A DNA stretch of 64,000 nt from Mobula hypostoma (Eukaryota): contig NC_086108.1 in assembly GCF_963921235.1 (NCBI RefSeq), positions 108,440,001 through 108,504,000 of the forward strand. The letters are read 5' to 3'. The notes beneath the pieces are model-generated. The model had not been told where the DNA came from, did not search any database, and saw only the letters and a program-made list of their open reading frames with translations. The position numbers and the translations under genes were made by a program. Every line of letters starts with the position of its first letter. Positions within the stretch are counted from its first letter, which is position 1. Below are positions 11,364 through 23,751 of this stretch, piece by piece.

Positions 11364-11655
11364 ATGGTCTTTGACCCTAAATGTTCTTGGCGAATATTTC
11401 TCCAGAAGTTATTTGCCATTGCCTTCTTCTGCGCAGTGTCTTTACAAGACAGGAGACCTCAGCCATTATCAATACTCTTCACAGATTGTCCGCCTGGCAC
11501 TAGTGGTTGCATAACCAGGACCTGTGATATGCACCAGCTGCTCATATGACCATCCACCACCAGCTCCCATGGCTTCACAAGACCCTGATTGGTCAACCTG
11601 CAGGCCAGTGGAGGGAAGGAGTCTCCTTTGGTAGAGACATATCGCCACCCAAAAG
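11364..11655 (-). mobile_element. RTE-related short interspersed repeat hosting the PLE; other copies near 22785-22870 and 37510-38720
   Basis: Minus strand contains gaaggcaatggcaaataact, resembling the RTE/Bov-A motif; continues at 10010-10050 across the TSD. Confidence 0.6.
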
Positions 11656-11884
11656 ATCACTAAAAATTACAGTAAAAATAGTGCAAAGTAGTGACATAGT
11701 GTTCATGGGTTCACAGGTCATTTAGGCAACTGATGGCAGAGGGGAAGAAGCTCTTTCTAAAGTGTGTGTCTTCACTCCCCTGTATCTCCTTGCTGATGGT
11801 AGAAATGAGAAGAGGGCATGTCCTTAATGGTGAGGATCCTTCACTTGAATCTGCTCACCCTTTCCACTGCTGACCCCTCACTGA

Positions 11885-13190
11885 GATCATAAGAAACAGG
11901 AGCACGAGCAGGTCATCTGGACCATCGAGCCTGCTCCATCATTCAATAAGATCATGGTTGATCTGGCCATGGACTCATCTCCATCTACCTGCCTTTTCCC
12001 CATAACCTTTAATTCCCCTACTAAGCAAAAATCTATCCAGCTTTGTCTTAAACATATTTACTGAGGTAGCCTCCACTGCTTCATTGGGCAGAGAATTCCA
12101 CAGGTTCACCACTCTCTGGGAAAAGCAGTTCCTCCTCATCTCCATCCTAAATCTACTCCCACAAATCTTGAGGCTATGTCCCTTAGTTCTAGTCTCACCT
12201 AGCAGTGGAAATAACTTTGCTGCCTCTATCTTATCTATCCCTTTCATAATTTTATATGTTTCTATAAGATCTCCTCATTCTTCTGATTTCCAATGAGTAC
12301 AGCGCCAGACAACTCAATCTCTCCTCACAGTTTAACTCCCTCATCTCTGGAATCAACCTGGTGAACCTCCTCCACACCACCAGTATGTCCTTCCTCAAGA
12401 AAGGAGACCAGAATTGCACGCAGTACTCCAGGTGTGGCCTCACCAGTACCCTGTACAGTTGCAGTATAACCTCCCTGCTCTTAACTTCAATCCCTCTAGC
12501 AATGAAGGCCAACATTCCATTTGCCTTCTTGATAGCCTGCTGCACCTGCAAACCAACTTTGTGTGATTCATGAACTACTGTAGGTTCTCATTATTACCCC
12601 TTCCTGAAGTTCACAGTCAACCTTGTTCTTATTGACATTGTGCAAGGTCGTTGTCGTGACTCAACAGCTGGTCTATCACACTCCTATATGCCTTCTCATC
12701 ATCTTCTGAGATTCTGCCAATTAGAAATACTTCAAAAACCACAGAGAATAAACCACAGAGAATAAACGTAGAAATAAGGCCATAAGGTCGTAGGACACAG
12801 GAGCAGAATTAATGCATTTGTCCCACAGAGTATGCTCCATTATTCCATCAGTGCTAAATCATTATCTCTCTCAACCTCACTCTCCTGTTTTCTCCCCATA
12901 AACTTTGACACTCTCAAGAACTATCAACCTCCACTTTAAATATACCCAATGACTTGGCCTCCACAGTCTCCTGTGGCAATCAATTCCACAGATTCACCAC
13001 CCTCTGGCTAAAGAAATCCCTCCTCATCTCTGTTCTAAAGAGATATCTTTCTATTCTGAGGCTATGCCCTCTGGTCAAAGATTCCCCAACTTTATACAGG
13101 TCTTTCAATATTTGGTAGTTTCAATGGGAATCCCTCTCATTCTTCTTAACTCCAGTGAGTACAGGCCCAGAGCAATCATACTCTTTTCTT
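11885..13190 (-). mobile_element. Two CR1 LINE 3' fragments (11885-12572; ~12780-13190)
   Basis: QVQQAIKKANGMLAFIARG, LVRPHLEYCVQFWSP, FSQRVVNLWNSLP. Confidence 0.85.
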
Positions 13191-13885
13191 GCATTATGAT
13201 AAAGAACTTTGGAGAAAATCCCCCATTTCTGAAATTCTCCCTTGTCTGAAGATGTACTATAAGACGACATATACCAGTGAATTAATTTTAGTATTATGGC
13301 CCATTGAGCTCAAAATTTTAATTATTGCTGACATCTTGCATTAGCACTTAATGCAATTATCATTACATTAAACGGTATGCTATTAGAGAGATCATTTATT
13401 TACAGAGGGAAGTCAGTTTGGGAGTGCTAACGAAAATAATATTCATAATGTATGCTTCTAGTCAAAGAGCTCTCTATAATTTGGATTTATATTTCAAAGG
13501 GAAACGGACACCTCGCTTTGAGGAGGCTGGACCACGGATTACATGAGCTCAAGTGATGGTAGTGTACAGTTCCAGCCACCATTGGTTATCAAATTTATTC
13601 CCTCATATACTTTACATGTTTTAGGAATTTTCTCAGGTGTGGTACATTAAAGATGGCCAAGTATTAAAGAAGTTTAGAATCAGAATCAGGTTTAATATCA
13701 CCGGCATTAGCCATGAAATTGGTTGATTTTGCAGCAGCAATACAATACAAAGTTAAAGGGAAAGAGCTGTGAATTACAGTAAGTATATACATTAAATAGC
13801 TTAGTAAGTAATCCAAAAGTTAAATTAACCTTTTTTTTAAAGTAGCAAGGTTGTGTTCATGGGTGTATGAAGTGTGAGTGAGAGA

Positions 13886-13887
<2 letters not shown>

Positions 13888-13943
<56 letters not shown>
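13888..13943. repeat. (TG)n microsatellite
   Basis: Direct TG run. Confidence 0.95.
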
Positions 13944-13945
<2 letters not shown>

Positions 13946-14774
13946 TGGGGGGAGGGAGACATACTGCACAAGGAAGCTGTTGTCAGAGTGGAGAAATTTT
14001 GGGAGTTCTTTTTTGCAAAACACTTCAGATTCAGATTTCCTATCACTGACATATGTTGTGAAATACTCAAGCTGGTCAGCCCCGGTGAGATAGGGACACG
14101 CCTGTCCGAGCATGTGAAGTCAGCTCTGACAGACTGGGCAGATGAGATCCAAATGGCCAGGGAGGCGGTACTGCAACACTCTGTGGAGAGCAAAGGGTAC
14201 GACAAGGCACAGAAAACGTCATGGTCATCCAACCAAGGAAGACCCCAGTTTGTGACACTTGTTTGTACCACTGGACCTGGACTTCTGAGGTGGATAGAGT
14301 GGAACCAGTGCAACAGCTTTTCCACTTTAAAAACTGTCCCACACTGGTTTCCTGAATGATGAGGTGGAGTTCATGGGGCTGGTCTATTGTCTGTTCTGAA
14401 ATCAGGTGGTGGAGGGGAAGAAGCTGTTCCTAAAACATTGTTTCTTCATGATCCTGTACCTCTTCTCTGTGAAGTGGACAGGTCCTGTGTGATAGGGGTT
14501 CTTAATTTTGGATGCCGCCTAGATGGAAAACCTCATGATGGTATAGTCTGTTGGTCAAGGGATTGAATGCTTCTTGCTTGAGCATTAAAGGGAAAGTTTG
14601 AATAGATTAGGAGCATAGGATAATGAGGAGGGATTTGAGAGATATACACAGAATTATGAAGAGTATAGATACAGTAAATGTAAGCATGCTTTTTTCAATG
14701 AAGTTGGGTGAGATTAGAACTGGAGGTCATTGGTGAAGAGTGATAGGTGAAATGTTTAAGGGGAACCTGAGGCA

Positions 14775-16350
14775 AACTGAAAGGTCTTAAGGTGGATAAG
14801 TACCTGGACCAGATGGACACATTCCAGAACCCTGAGAGAGGTTGCTGAAGAGATAACGGACGCATTAGTCATGATTTCTCAAGAATCACTTGATTCTGGC
14901 ATAGTCATGGAGGGCTGGAAAATTGCAAATGTCACTCGACTCTCTAAGAAGGGAGGAAGACAAAAGAGAGGAAATTACAGGCCAGTTAGCCTAACCTCAG
15001 TGGTCGGTAAAATGTTGGAGTCTATCATTAAGGATGAGGTTTCAGGGTACTTGGAGACAATAAAATAGGTCAAAGTCAGCATGGTTTCTGTAAAGAAAAA
15101 TCTTGCCTGAAAAATCTGTTAGAATTCTTCGTGGAAGTAACAAGCAGAGTAGATGAAGGAGAGACAGTGGTTGTCATATACCTAGATTTTCAGAAGGTAT
15201 TTGATAAAGTGCCTCACATGAGGCTGCTTAACAAGTTAAAATCCAATGGCGTTACAGGAAAAATACTGGCATGGATAAAGGAATGGCTGACAGGCAGGAG
15301 GCAGTAAGCCGGAATAAAGGGGGCCCTTTCTGGTTGGCTGCCAGTGACCAGTGGTGTTCCTCAGGGGTCAGTAATGGGACCGCTGCTTTTCACATTGTTT
15401 GTCAATGATTTAGATAATGGATTTATGGCTTTGTGGCAAAGTTTGCTGATGATACAAAGATAAGTAGGGGGGTAGGTAATGCTGAGGAAGCAATGCGATA
15501 TCAGCAAGACTTAGACAAATTTCAAGAATGGACAAAAAAGTGGCAGACAGAATACAGTGTTGGGAAATGTATGATAATACATTTTGGTAAAAAGAACAAT
15601 AATGTAGATTATCTAAATGGGGAGAAAATACAAACATCAGAGGTGCAAATGACCTTAGGAGTCCTCGTGCAAGACTCCCAGAAGGTTAATTTACAGGTTG
15701 AATCTATAGTAAGTCAAATGCAGTGTTGGCATTTATTTCAAGGGGAACAGAGTATAAAAACAAGGAGATAATGCTGAAGCTTTATAAGACTCTAGTCAGG
15801 CCGCACTTGGAGTACTGTCAACAGTTTTTGGCCTCTTATCTCAGAAAGGGTGTATAGTCATCGGAAAGAGTCCGGGGGAGTTCACAAGAATGATTCCAGG
15901 AAGTTCCGAGGAGGGTGTGGCTGCTTTCAGCCTGTACTCACTGGAATTTAGAAGAATGCGGGGGATCCCACTGAAATCTTCCGAATGTTGAAATGATTAG
16001 ATAGGGTGGAAGTGGAGAGGATGTTTTTTCTGGTGGGGGTATCCAGAACTAGAGGGCACAGACTCAAAACTGAGGGGTGATCTTTTAGAACAGAGGTAAG
16101 GAGGAACTTTTTTTAGCCAGAGAGTGTTGAGTCTATGGAATGCTCTGCCACAGACTGCGATGGAGTCCAAGTTTGTGGGTATATTTAAAGCGGAAGTTGA
16201 TAGATTTCTGATTGGTCGGGGCATCAAAGGATATGGTGAGAGAGCAGCTGTATGGGGTTGAATAGGATCTGGTATCAGCAATGATGAAATGGAGTAGTGG
16301 ACTCGATGGGGTGAATGGCCTAATTCTGCTCCTGTGTCTTATGGTCTTAT
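14775..16350 (+). mobile_element. Degraded CR1 LINE (RT domain to 3' UTR)
   Basis: [30 protein letters not shown], several stops and frameshifts; tcttatgg tail. Confidence 0.88.
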
Positions 16351-16525
16351 GATTTTCTTCACTCAGAGAGTGGTTTGAGTGTTGAACGAGCTGCCAGTGG
16401 TGAGTGGGTTTGATTGTAGCATTTAAGAGATTTGGTTAAGTACATGGATGGGAGGAATATGGAAAGCCATATCCAGGTGTGGTTTGATGGAACTAAGCAG
16501 AATTACAATTTAGCACGCACTAGTG

Positions 16526-17295
16526 CAGGGGCCCCCAACCTCTTTTGCACTGCGGACCGGTTTAATATTGACAATATTCTTGCGGACCGGCCGACCGGGG
16601 GAGGGTGTTCAAGTAGGGTTAAACTCACCTCAACATGTCTTTTACAGTTAGGGTTGCCAACTTTCTCACTCCCAAATAAGGGAGAAAAGTAGTCAAATCC
16701 GGGACACTTTACCCCAGGAAAGACTACCATGACCATGAAGCCTTGCGCGGGCACATGCGTGCGCATGTGTGATGTGTCGGTAGCCGTGCACATGCGCATA
16801 CGTGCCGATTTCCCCCCCCCACAAATTGGTTTTGCCTTCATCTTCCCGACTATACTGTACATACATTATTTCTACTTTATATAGGCTGTCTATCATATCA
16901 TTCCTGCTTTTACTATATGTTAGTGTTGTTTATTTTCGGTTTTATGTGTTATTTGGTATGATTTCTTAGGTAATTTTTTGGGTCTGGAAACGCTCAAAAA
17001 TTTTTCCCATTTAAATTAATGGTAATTGCCTTTTCACTTCACGCCATTTCGGCACGAAAGGTTTCATAGGAATGTTCTACCTTAGCAGGGGAAATACGGG
17101 ACAAGGGCGGTCCCGTATGGGTCAAACCAATTTAGCCCAATGTATGGGATGTCCCCGCAAATACGGGACAGTTAGCAACCCTATGTTCAAGTTCAACAGT
17201 GCGTGACAGGGAATGAGGAAAGGTGCAGCTGACTCATATCGTTTCCTCGTGGCCTGGTAGCACATGCTTTGCGGCCCAGTGGTTGGGGACCACTG
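16526..17295. mobile_element. hAT (Charlie-like) MITE with 8-bp TSD
   Basis: TIRs caggggcccccaacc / ggttggggaccactg; TSD cactagtg at 16518-16525 and 17296-17303. Confidence 0.88.
16614..17183. mobile_element. Second hAT-like MITE nested in the first
   Basis: Ends tagggtt / aacccta, with an inner tagggttgccaac at 16649; TSD tgttcaag at 16606-16613 and 17184-17191. Confidence 0.8.
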
Positions 17296-19009
17296 CACTA
17301 GTGGGCTGAAGGATCTGCTTCTGGGCTGTAGTGCACTACGACTCTATTTCATCGGAATATTTGGCAGCCCATTCAGTCGGCTGTTTGAGAGCTGAACAAA
17401 TTCACTAGTACGAGGCCCACTAGTGACATCCTGTACGCTTGACAGCACAATACCTCATCCAGTATGTGGCTGCTCCTCGGCCCCAATGACCCAGGTTCAA
17501 ACCTGGCCTCTTGTTACCACTTGTGTGGACTTTGCCCACTCTATCTATAACTGAAGCAAGTTCAGGGGTGGGTTTTCACAGGGCTACTCTGCCATCTTCC
17601 CACATTCTAAAGATATGCGGGTGGACGAGCTAAATTGGCCGCTATAAATTGCCCCTAGTGTGTTGGTGACTGGGGAGGATCGATGACAATGTGGGGAGCA
17701 TGAAATACTGGTGTAGGATTAATGATGGGTGGGTGAAGGGCCTGTTTCTGTACTTTTTGACTCAGGGTGCAGAGGAAGCTTATGATGTTGTTGCAAGTGT
17801 CCTAGAACTATGTTAAGAGAAAAGACTGCCCAGAATGGGGTTATTTCCTTTGGAACAAAGAGATGTAAGCACAAAAAAAGGCCCTTTAGTCCATAACTAT
17901 AATCTAGGATATCTGCTCTGCCATATACCATAAATGACAAGAGTTCAGTGATGGCCTGAGTTTGCAGGGACAGCCACAGACCTGGAATACCAAAATGAAC
18001 AGTTCACTGAGTTTAAATCGGAACTGTACACAACAAAATAGAAAAAAAAAAATCCAACTAACTAAAAATATTGTCACTCTGGCTAGAAAGCAATAATCTA
18101 GAACCAAATTAAAACCGCTCTTTTAACAGCGTCTACCTAAATCGCGAATCTTCTTGTTCGCAACGAGGATTTAGGGAAGCAAGGAGTGTTGCCGTCACTG
18201 TGATTCGATAAAGACTTGACAAAACTGAAGCAAAAAGAGAGTTAAATTCAATCACAAAAAAACCCCACACTGACAGGAATGTGGGCTCTTTCACATTTGT
18301 GACTGCCGTCTTGTTTCAATTGCCCGCCAGCGAGAACACCCAGACTCCGGGGCAGACTGCCTGCGATTATGATAATAAATTTATGTATTATATTTTGTAG
18401 CCTGAGAAAAATACACACTCAGCACAACGAATACTTTTTCGGGTCTTTAATCCCTTTTATCTGTTTTAGATATTTTCAATGCAGAAAGAGGGTATTAAAA
18501 TAAAAAATGAAAATTAACTTTAAAAAAGTTCCTGCTATTACAATCTCAACGTAATTTCGATTCACACTTGTGTATCAACTAGCTACGTGAGCAGTATGAA
18601 ATTAAATAAAACAATATATACAAAACCAATACAGTAGTGGCGATTCTAAAAAATAAAGTACCAACATTGGAATCTCACCAACCCTGTACCTTCTACACAA
18701 CATCAAAAATATGAATAAATACATTCATGCTAACTTTTGGCACACCTGCGCTTAACTTCCAAACACTTATAGCTTCTACCCCGAAACGAATTCTCCACGT
18801 GAACAGAGATGAACACATTCACATTACTCCGTTACATTCACATTCGGTCATGAAACAACAGAACAAAACAAAAATTAACCTTTACAATATACAAGCCTTA
18901 TAGTTAAATTACCAGAAAGACTCAGCTACTAGGCCAGGAAGGAACTTCGCACAACCACGCTATTCAACACCGATACTTTACTCGCGAAAATCTACAGCAT
19001 CCACAGGTA

Positions 19010-19300
19010 CAACACGTCAATCACAAACCTGCAGGTGCTGGAAATCCGAGCAACTCACGCAAAATGCCGAGGGAGCTCAGCAGGCCAGGCAGTATCTATA
19101 GAGGAAAAAAAGTGCAGTAGACGTTTCGGGCCGAGATCTTTCAGCAGGACTGGAGAAGAAAAGAGAAAAAAAGTGCCCCTCATCTTTCTTTTTCTCCAGT
19201 CCTAATGAAGGGTCTCGGGGCCTGAGACGTCGACTGTACCCTTATCCACAGATGCTGTCTGGCCTACTGAGTTCCTCCAGCATTTTGTGTGTGTTGCTTA
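19010..19300. mobile_element. Short PLE-derived inverted pair
   Basis: Arms are reverse complements, each with a mutated hammerhead motif; short possible TSD acaggta at 19003-19009 and 19301-19307. Confidence 0.8.
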
Positions 19301-19924
19301 ACAGGTATCAAGCTACTGATAGTCCAGTTTTACAAACAAGCATAGACGAATTTACATGGATATATCAAATATTATTCACCTTTCTTCACCATATGTCCAG
19401 CACTTGACTCAAAGTACTTCCAAGAACATCGTAACTCAGCTTTCCGCACGTGCATAATGACGTCTCTCTTAAAGGCACATGCAGCTATTTTAGCATTAGT
19501 GGGGTGAATTCCTAAGTGCACTTCAACAATCAAAAATAACGTTCAACGGTCACCTGGTTACATATAAAATAAATAGTGCAAAGAAAAAGTTGAGTTCTGA
19601 AGTCTCAATGCAAAGGGGAAGAAGTTGATCTTAACTCGTTGAGTGTGAGCGGTAATGAGAAGAGGGCACGCCCCACATGGCGAGAGTCCTTCATGATAGA
19701 CGCTGCCTTCTCGAGGCAGCTCCTTTTGAAGTTGTCCTCGATGGTGGGGAGGGTTGATGGAGCTGGGTGAGTCTACAACCCTGTAACTTAGAGCACATAC
19801 CAGGCTGTGATATAACCAGTCAGAAGGCTGTGCGTCGTACACATGTTGACAAACACCTCAAAAGTGACATCTGGATATGTTCTCCTTGCTGTGTGTTTCT
19901 TATCAGAGACACAGAGCGAACTAT

Positions 19925-20548
19925 AGAGCCACAGAACACTACAGCACAGAAAACAGGCCATTTGGCCCTTCTAGAATAATGTGCCGAAACATTATTCTGC
20001 TAGTCCCATTGACCTGCACCCAGTCCACAACCCTCCAGACCCCTCCCATCCATGTATCTATCCACTTTATTCTTAAAACTTAAAAGTGAGCCCACATTTA
20101 CCACGTCAGATGGCAGCTCGTTCCACACTCCCACTACTCTCTGAGTGAAGAAGTTCCCCCTAATGTTCTGCCTAAACCTTTCCCCTTTCACCCTAAAGCC
20201 ATGTCCTCTCGTATTTATCTCTCCTAATCTAACTGGAAAGAGCCTACTCGCATTTACCTTGATTATACCCCTCATAATTTTGTAAACCTGTATCAAATCC
20301 CCCCTCATTCTTCTACGCTTCAAGCAATAAAGTCCTAACCTGTTCAACCTTTCCCTGTAACTCAACTCCTGAAGACCTGGCAACATCCTAGTAAATCTTC
20401 TCTGCACTCTTTCAATCTTACTGATATCCTTCCTATAGTTAGGTGACCAGAACTGCACTTAATACTCCAAATTTGGTCTTATACAACCTCACCATAACAT
20501 CCCAACTCCTATACTCAGTACTTTGATTTATGAATGCCAGGATGCCAT
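19925..20548 (-). mobile_element. CR1 LINE 3' fragment
   Basis: QFWSPNYRKD...ERVQRRFTRMLPGL...FFTQRVVGVWNELP. Confidence 0.88.
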
Positions 20549-21035
20549 GAGGCTGGAGGAAAAGTCACTGACTTTGTCTGATTCACCTATGCCCAGAGTT
20601 TTCCTTACTAAAATATAAATTAAATTTGTTTAAGTAGACCATGGCTCACAGAAAATAGAATAGAGTTCACAGAAAAGTGCAACAGAGGAGCTGGCCCTTC
20701 GGACTACAATGGTGCTCTGGACTAATGGATCTAGTAATCAATTGCCTAACTCCTTGCCTACACAATGTCCATATCCCTCCACTTTCTGTATTTTCATCTA
20801 TATATCTAAGTGCCTCTCTGAGGAGGCTCCCAAGAATGATTCCAGGAATGAGAGGGTTAATGTATGAGGAACATTTATAAGAATGAGAGGGAATCTCATT
20901 GGAACCTAATAATATTGAAAGGCCTCGGTAGGTTGGATGTAAAGAGGATGTTTCCTGTGGTGGGGCTGTTTGGCACCAGAGGGCAGAGCCTCAACATAGA
21001 AGAATGTCCATTTTGAACAGAGATGAGGAACTTCT

Positions 21036-22182
21036 TAGAAACATAGAAACATAGAAAATAGCTGCAGGAGTAGGCCATTCGGCCCTTCGAGCCTGCACCA
21101 CCATTCAGTGTGATCATGGCTGATCATTCAGCTCAGAACCCTGTACCTGCTTTCTCTCCATACCCCCTGATCTCTTTAGTCACAAGGGCCCATATCTAAC
21201 TCCTTCTTAAATACAGCCAATGAACTGGCCTCAACTGTTTCCTGTGGCAGAGAATTCTACAGATTCACCACTCTCTGTGTGAAGAAGTTTTTCTTCATCT
21301 CGGTCCTAAAAGGCTTCCCCGTAATCCTTAAACTGTGACCCCTCGTTCTGAACTTCCCCAACATCCGGAACAATCTTCCTGCATCTAGCCTGTCCAATCC
21401 CTTTAGGATTTTATACATTTCAATAAGATCCCCCCTCAATCTTCTAAATTCCAACGAATATAAGCCTAGTCGATCCAGTCTTTCATCATATGAAAGTCCT
21501 GCCATCCCAGGAATCAATCTGGTGAACCTCCTTTGTACTCCCTGTATGGCAAGGATGTCTTTCCTCAGATTAGGGGACCAAAACTGCACACAGTACTCCA
21601 GGTGTGGTCTCACCAAGGCCTTGTACAACTGCAGTAGTACCTCCCTGCTCCTGTACTCGAATCCTCTTGCTATGAATGCCAGCATACCATTCGCCTTTTT
21701 CACCGCCTGCTATACCTGCATGCCCACTTTCAATGACTGGTGTATAATGACACCCAGGTCTCGTTGCACCTCCCCTTTTCCTAATCGGCCACCATTCAAA
21801 TAATAATCTGTTTTCCTGTTTTTGCCACCAAAGTGGATAACTTCACATTTATCCACATTAAATTGCATCTGCCATGAATTTGCCCACTCACCTAACCTAT
21901 CCAAGTCACCCTGCATCCTCTTAGCATCCTCCTCACAGCTAACACTGCCGCCCAGCTTCGTGTCATCCGCAAACTTGGAGATGCTGCATTTAATTCCCTC
22001 ATCCAAGTCATTAATATATATTGTAAACAACTGGGGTCCCAGCACCGAGCCTTGCGGTACCCCACTAGTCACCGCCTGCCATTCTGAAAAGGTCCCGTTT
22101 ATTCCTACTCTTTGCTTCCTGTCTGCCAACCAATTCTCTATCCACACCAATACCTTACCCCCAACACTGCGTGCACACTAAT
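21036..22182 (-). mobile_element. Young CR1 LINE fragment of the same subfamily as 4139-5377, nested in an older CR1
   Basis: Translation nearly the same as the 4139-5377 copy; (ttctatgt)n tail at 21036-21060; host CR1 continues at ~20810-21035 and ~22183-22400. Confidence 0.92.
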
Positions 22183-23488
22183 CTTGAGCCAGAGGGTAGT
22201 GACTCCACGGAATTGATTGCCACAGAAGGCTGTGGGGGCCAAGTCACGGGTTATATGTAAAGCAGAGGTTGACAGGTTCTTCATCAGTTAGGGGGGTCAA
22301 AGGTTACAGGGAGAAGGCAGGAGAATGGGATTCAGAGGGATAATAAATCAGCCATGGAGTAGACTCAATGGGCCAAGTGGCCCTAATCCTGCTTATGGTC
22401 TAAATGTCTCTCTCGTAAGTGCCTGCAGTGTACTTCAGGCACCCACCACCGTCTGTGTGTAAAAAAAACTGCCTCAGATATCTCAGTTGAATTTGTCCCC
22501 CTCAGCGTAAATTCAAGTCACCTCGTATTGGACAATTTCACTGCGGGAGAAAGGAATCGGCTCTACCCTACACGGCTGAGAAAATACAGGGAAGTGAGCG
22601 ATCCAGGCAGGCGCGCCTTACAAGGGTAAGGATAAAGGTTAGCTTCATTTGTCACATGTACATCAAAATGCATCGTTGACACCAACGACCAACACAGTCC
22701 GAGGATGTGCTGGGGGCAGCCCACAAGTGTTGCCACTCTTCTGGAGCCAATGTAGAATACCCACAACTTTGTTCGTCCCTTACGTGCCGTGTGGTATGAT
22801 GTGGGCGATCATGGTCTAATCCATGACCATGGTTCTTCTTGGCAAATTTTTCTACAGAAGTGGTTTGTTATTGTCTTCATCTGCCCACAACTTACTAGCC
22901 TTTATTATTCCGAACGTCTATGTAACATGGGAGGAAACCGGAGTACCTGGAGGAAATCCACATTGTTTGGGGAGAACGTAAAAACTCTTTAGAGCCAGCA
23001 GCGGGAATCGAACCCAGATCACTGGAGCCATGCAATGTTTATTTATTTAATTGGTTCTTTGTTTACTTACTTAGACATACAGCACATAATAGGCACCTCT
23101 GACCCAACGAGCCGTGCTATCCAGCAACCCACCCTTTTAACCGTAGCTTAATTAGAGACCAATTCACAATGACCAATTAACTTACTAACCAATACATCTT
23201 TGGGATGCGGGAGAAATCCAGAGCAACTGGAGGAAACCCACATGATCACGGGGAGAACATAGAAATGGCACTAGAATTGAACTCCGAATCCTGACGCCCC
23301 AAGCTGCTAACCACTAAGCTACATTGCTCCCCTTTAGAATGAAAGGTTAGAACGCTTGATCTAGGATTAATACGTGCACTGGGGGAATCAGAAGAGATGT
23401 ATACAAAGAGACTGGTAAGCTTGTGGACAGTGGGAGTAGATAAAGCAAGCAGCTTTGATATGATGAACTCCGGACTTCTAGTAAGATG

Positions 23489-23751
23489 GAAAAGGAAAGG
23501 TACGTCGCATCCGGAGTTTCTCCGGTTAGCGGGCGATTTCCCTCCACGCCTCTCTGACGTAGTGGGGAACCACGTATGAGGCAAGTTTCAGCAGTGGTTT
23601 GCCATTGCCTTCTGCCGGGTGAGTTTCCAAAGAGATCACCGGCTCGTCACCCCGCACGGATGGAAAGCAAGCAGGGGAGCCGGCTAGATTCGAACTCAGG
23701 ACCTTTTGTCCCGAAGTCTGGCATTGAAGCCACTATGCCACCAGCTGGGCC
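23489..23751 (-). mobile_element. Complete tRNA-derived SINE with RTE-like body and 11-bp TSD
   Basis: Minus strand: A box tggcatagtgg, B box gagttcgaatc, body motif gaaggcaatggcaaaccact; TSD ctagtaagatg at 23478-23488 and 23752-23762. Confidence 0.85.

Noticed and set aside
13874..14359. 161-aa ORF
   Set aside because: Made of a TG microsatellite plus interspersed-repeat-like sequence
23675..23751. tRNA gene on the minus strand
   Set aside because: Has A and B boxes but is the head of a TSD-bounded SINE
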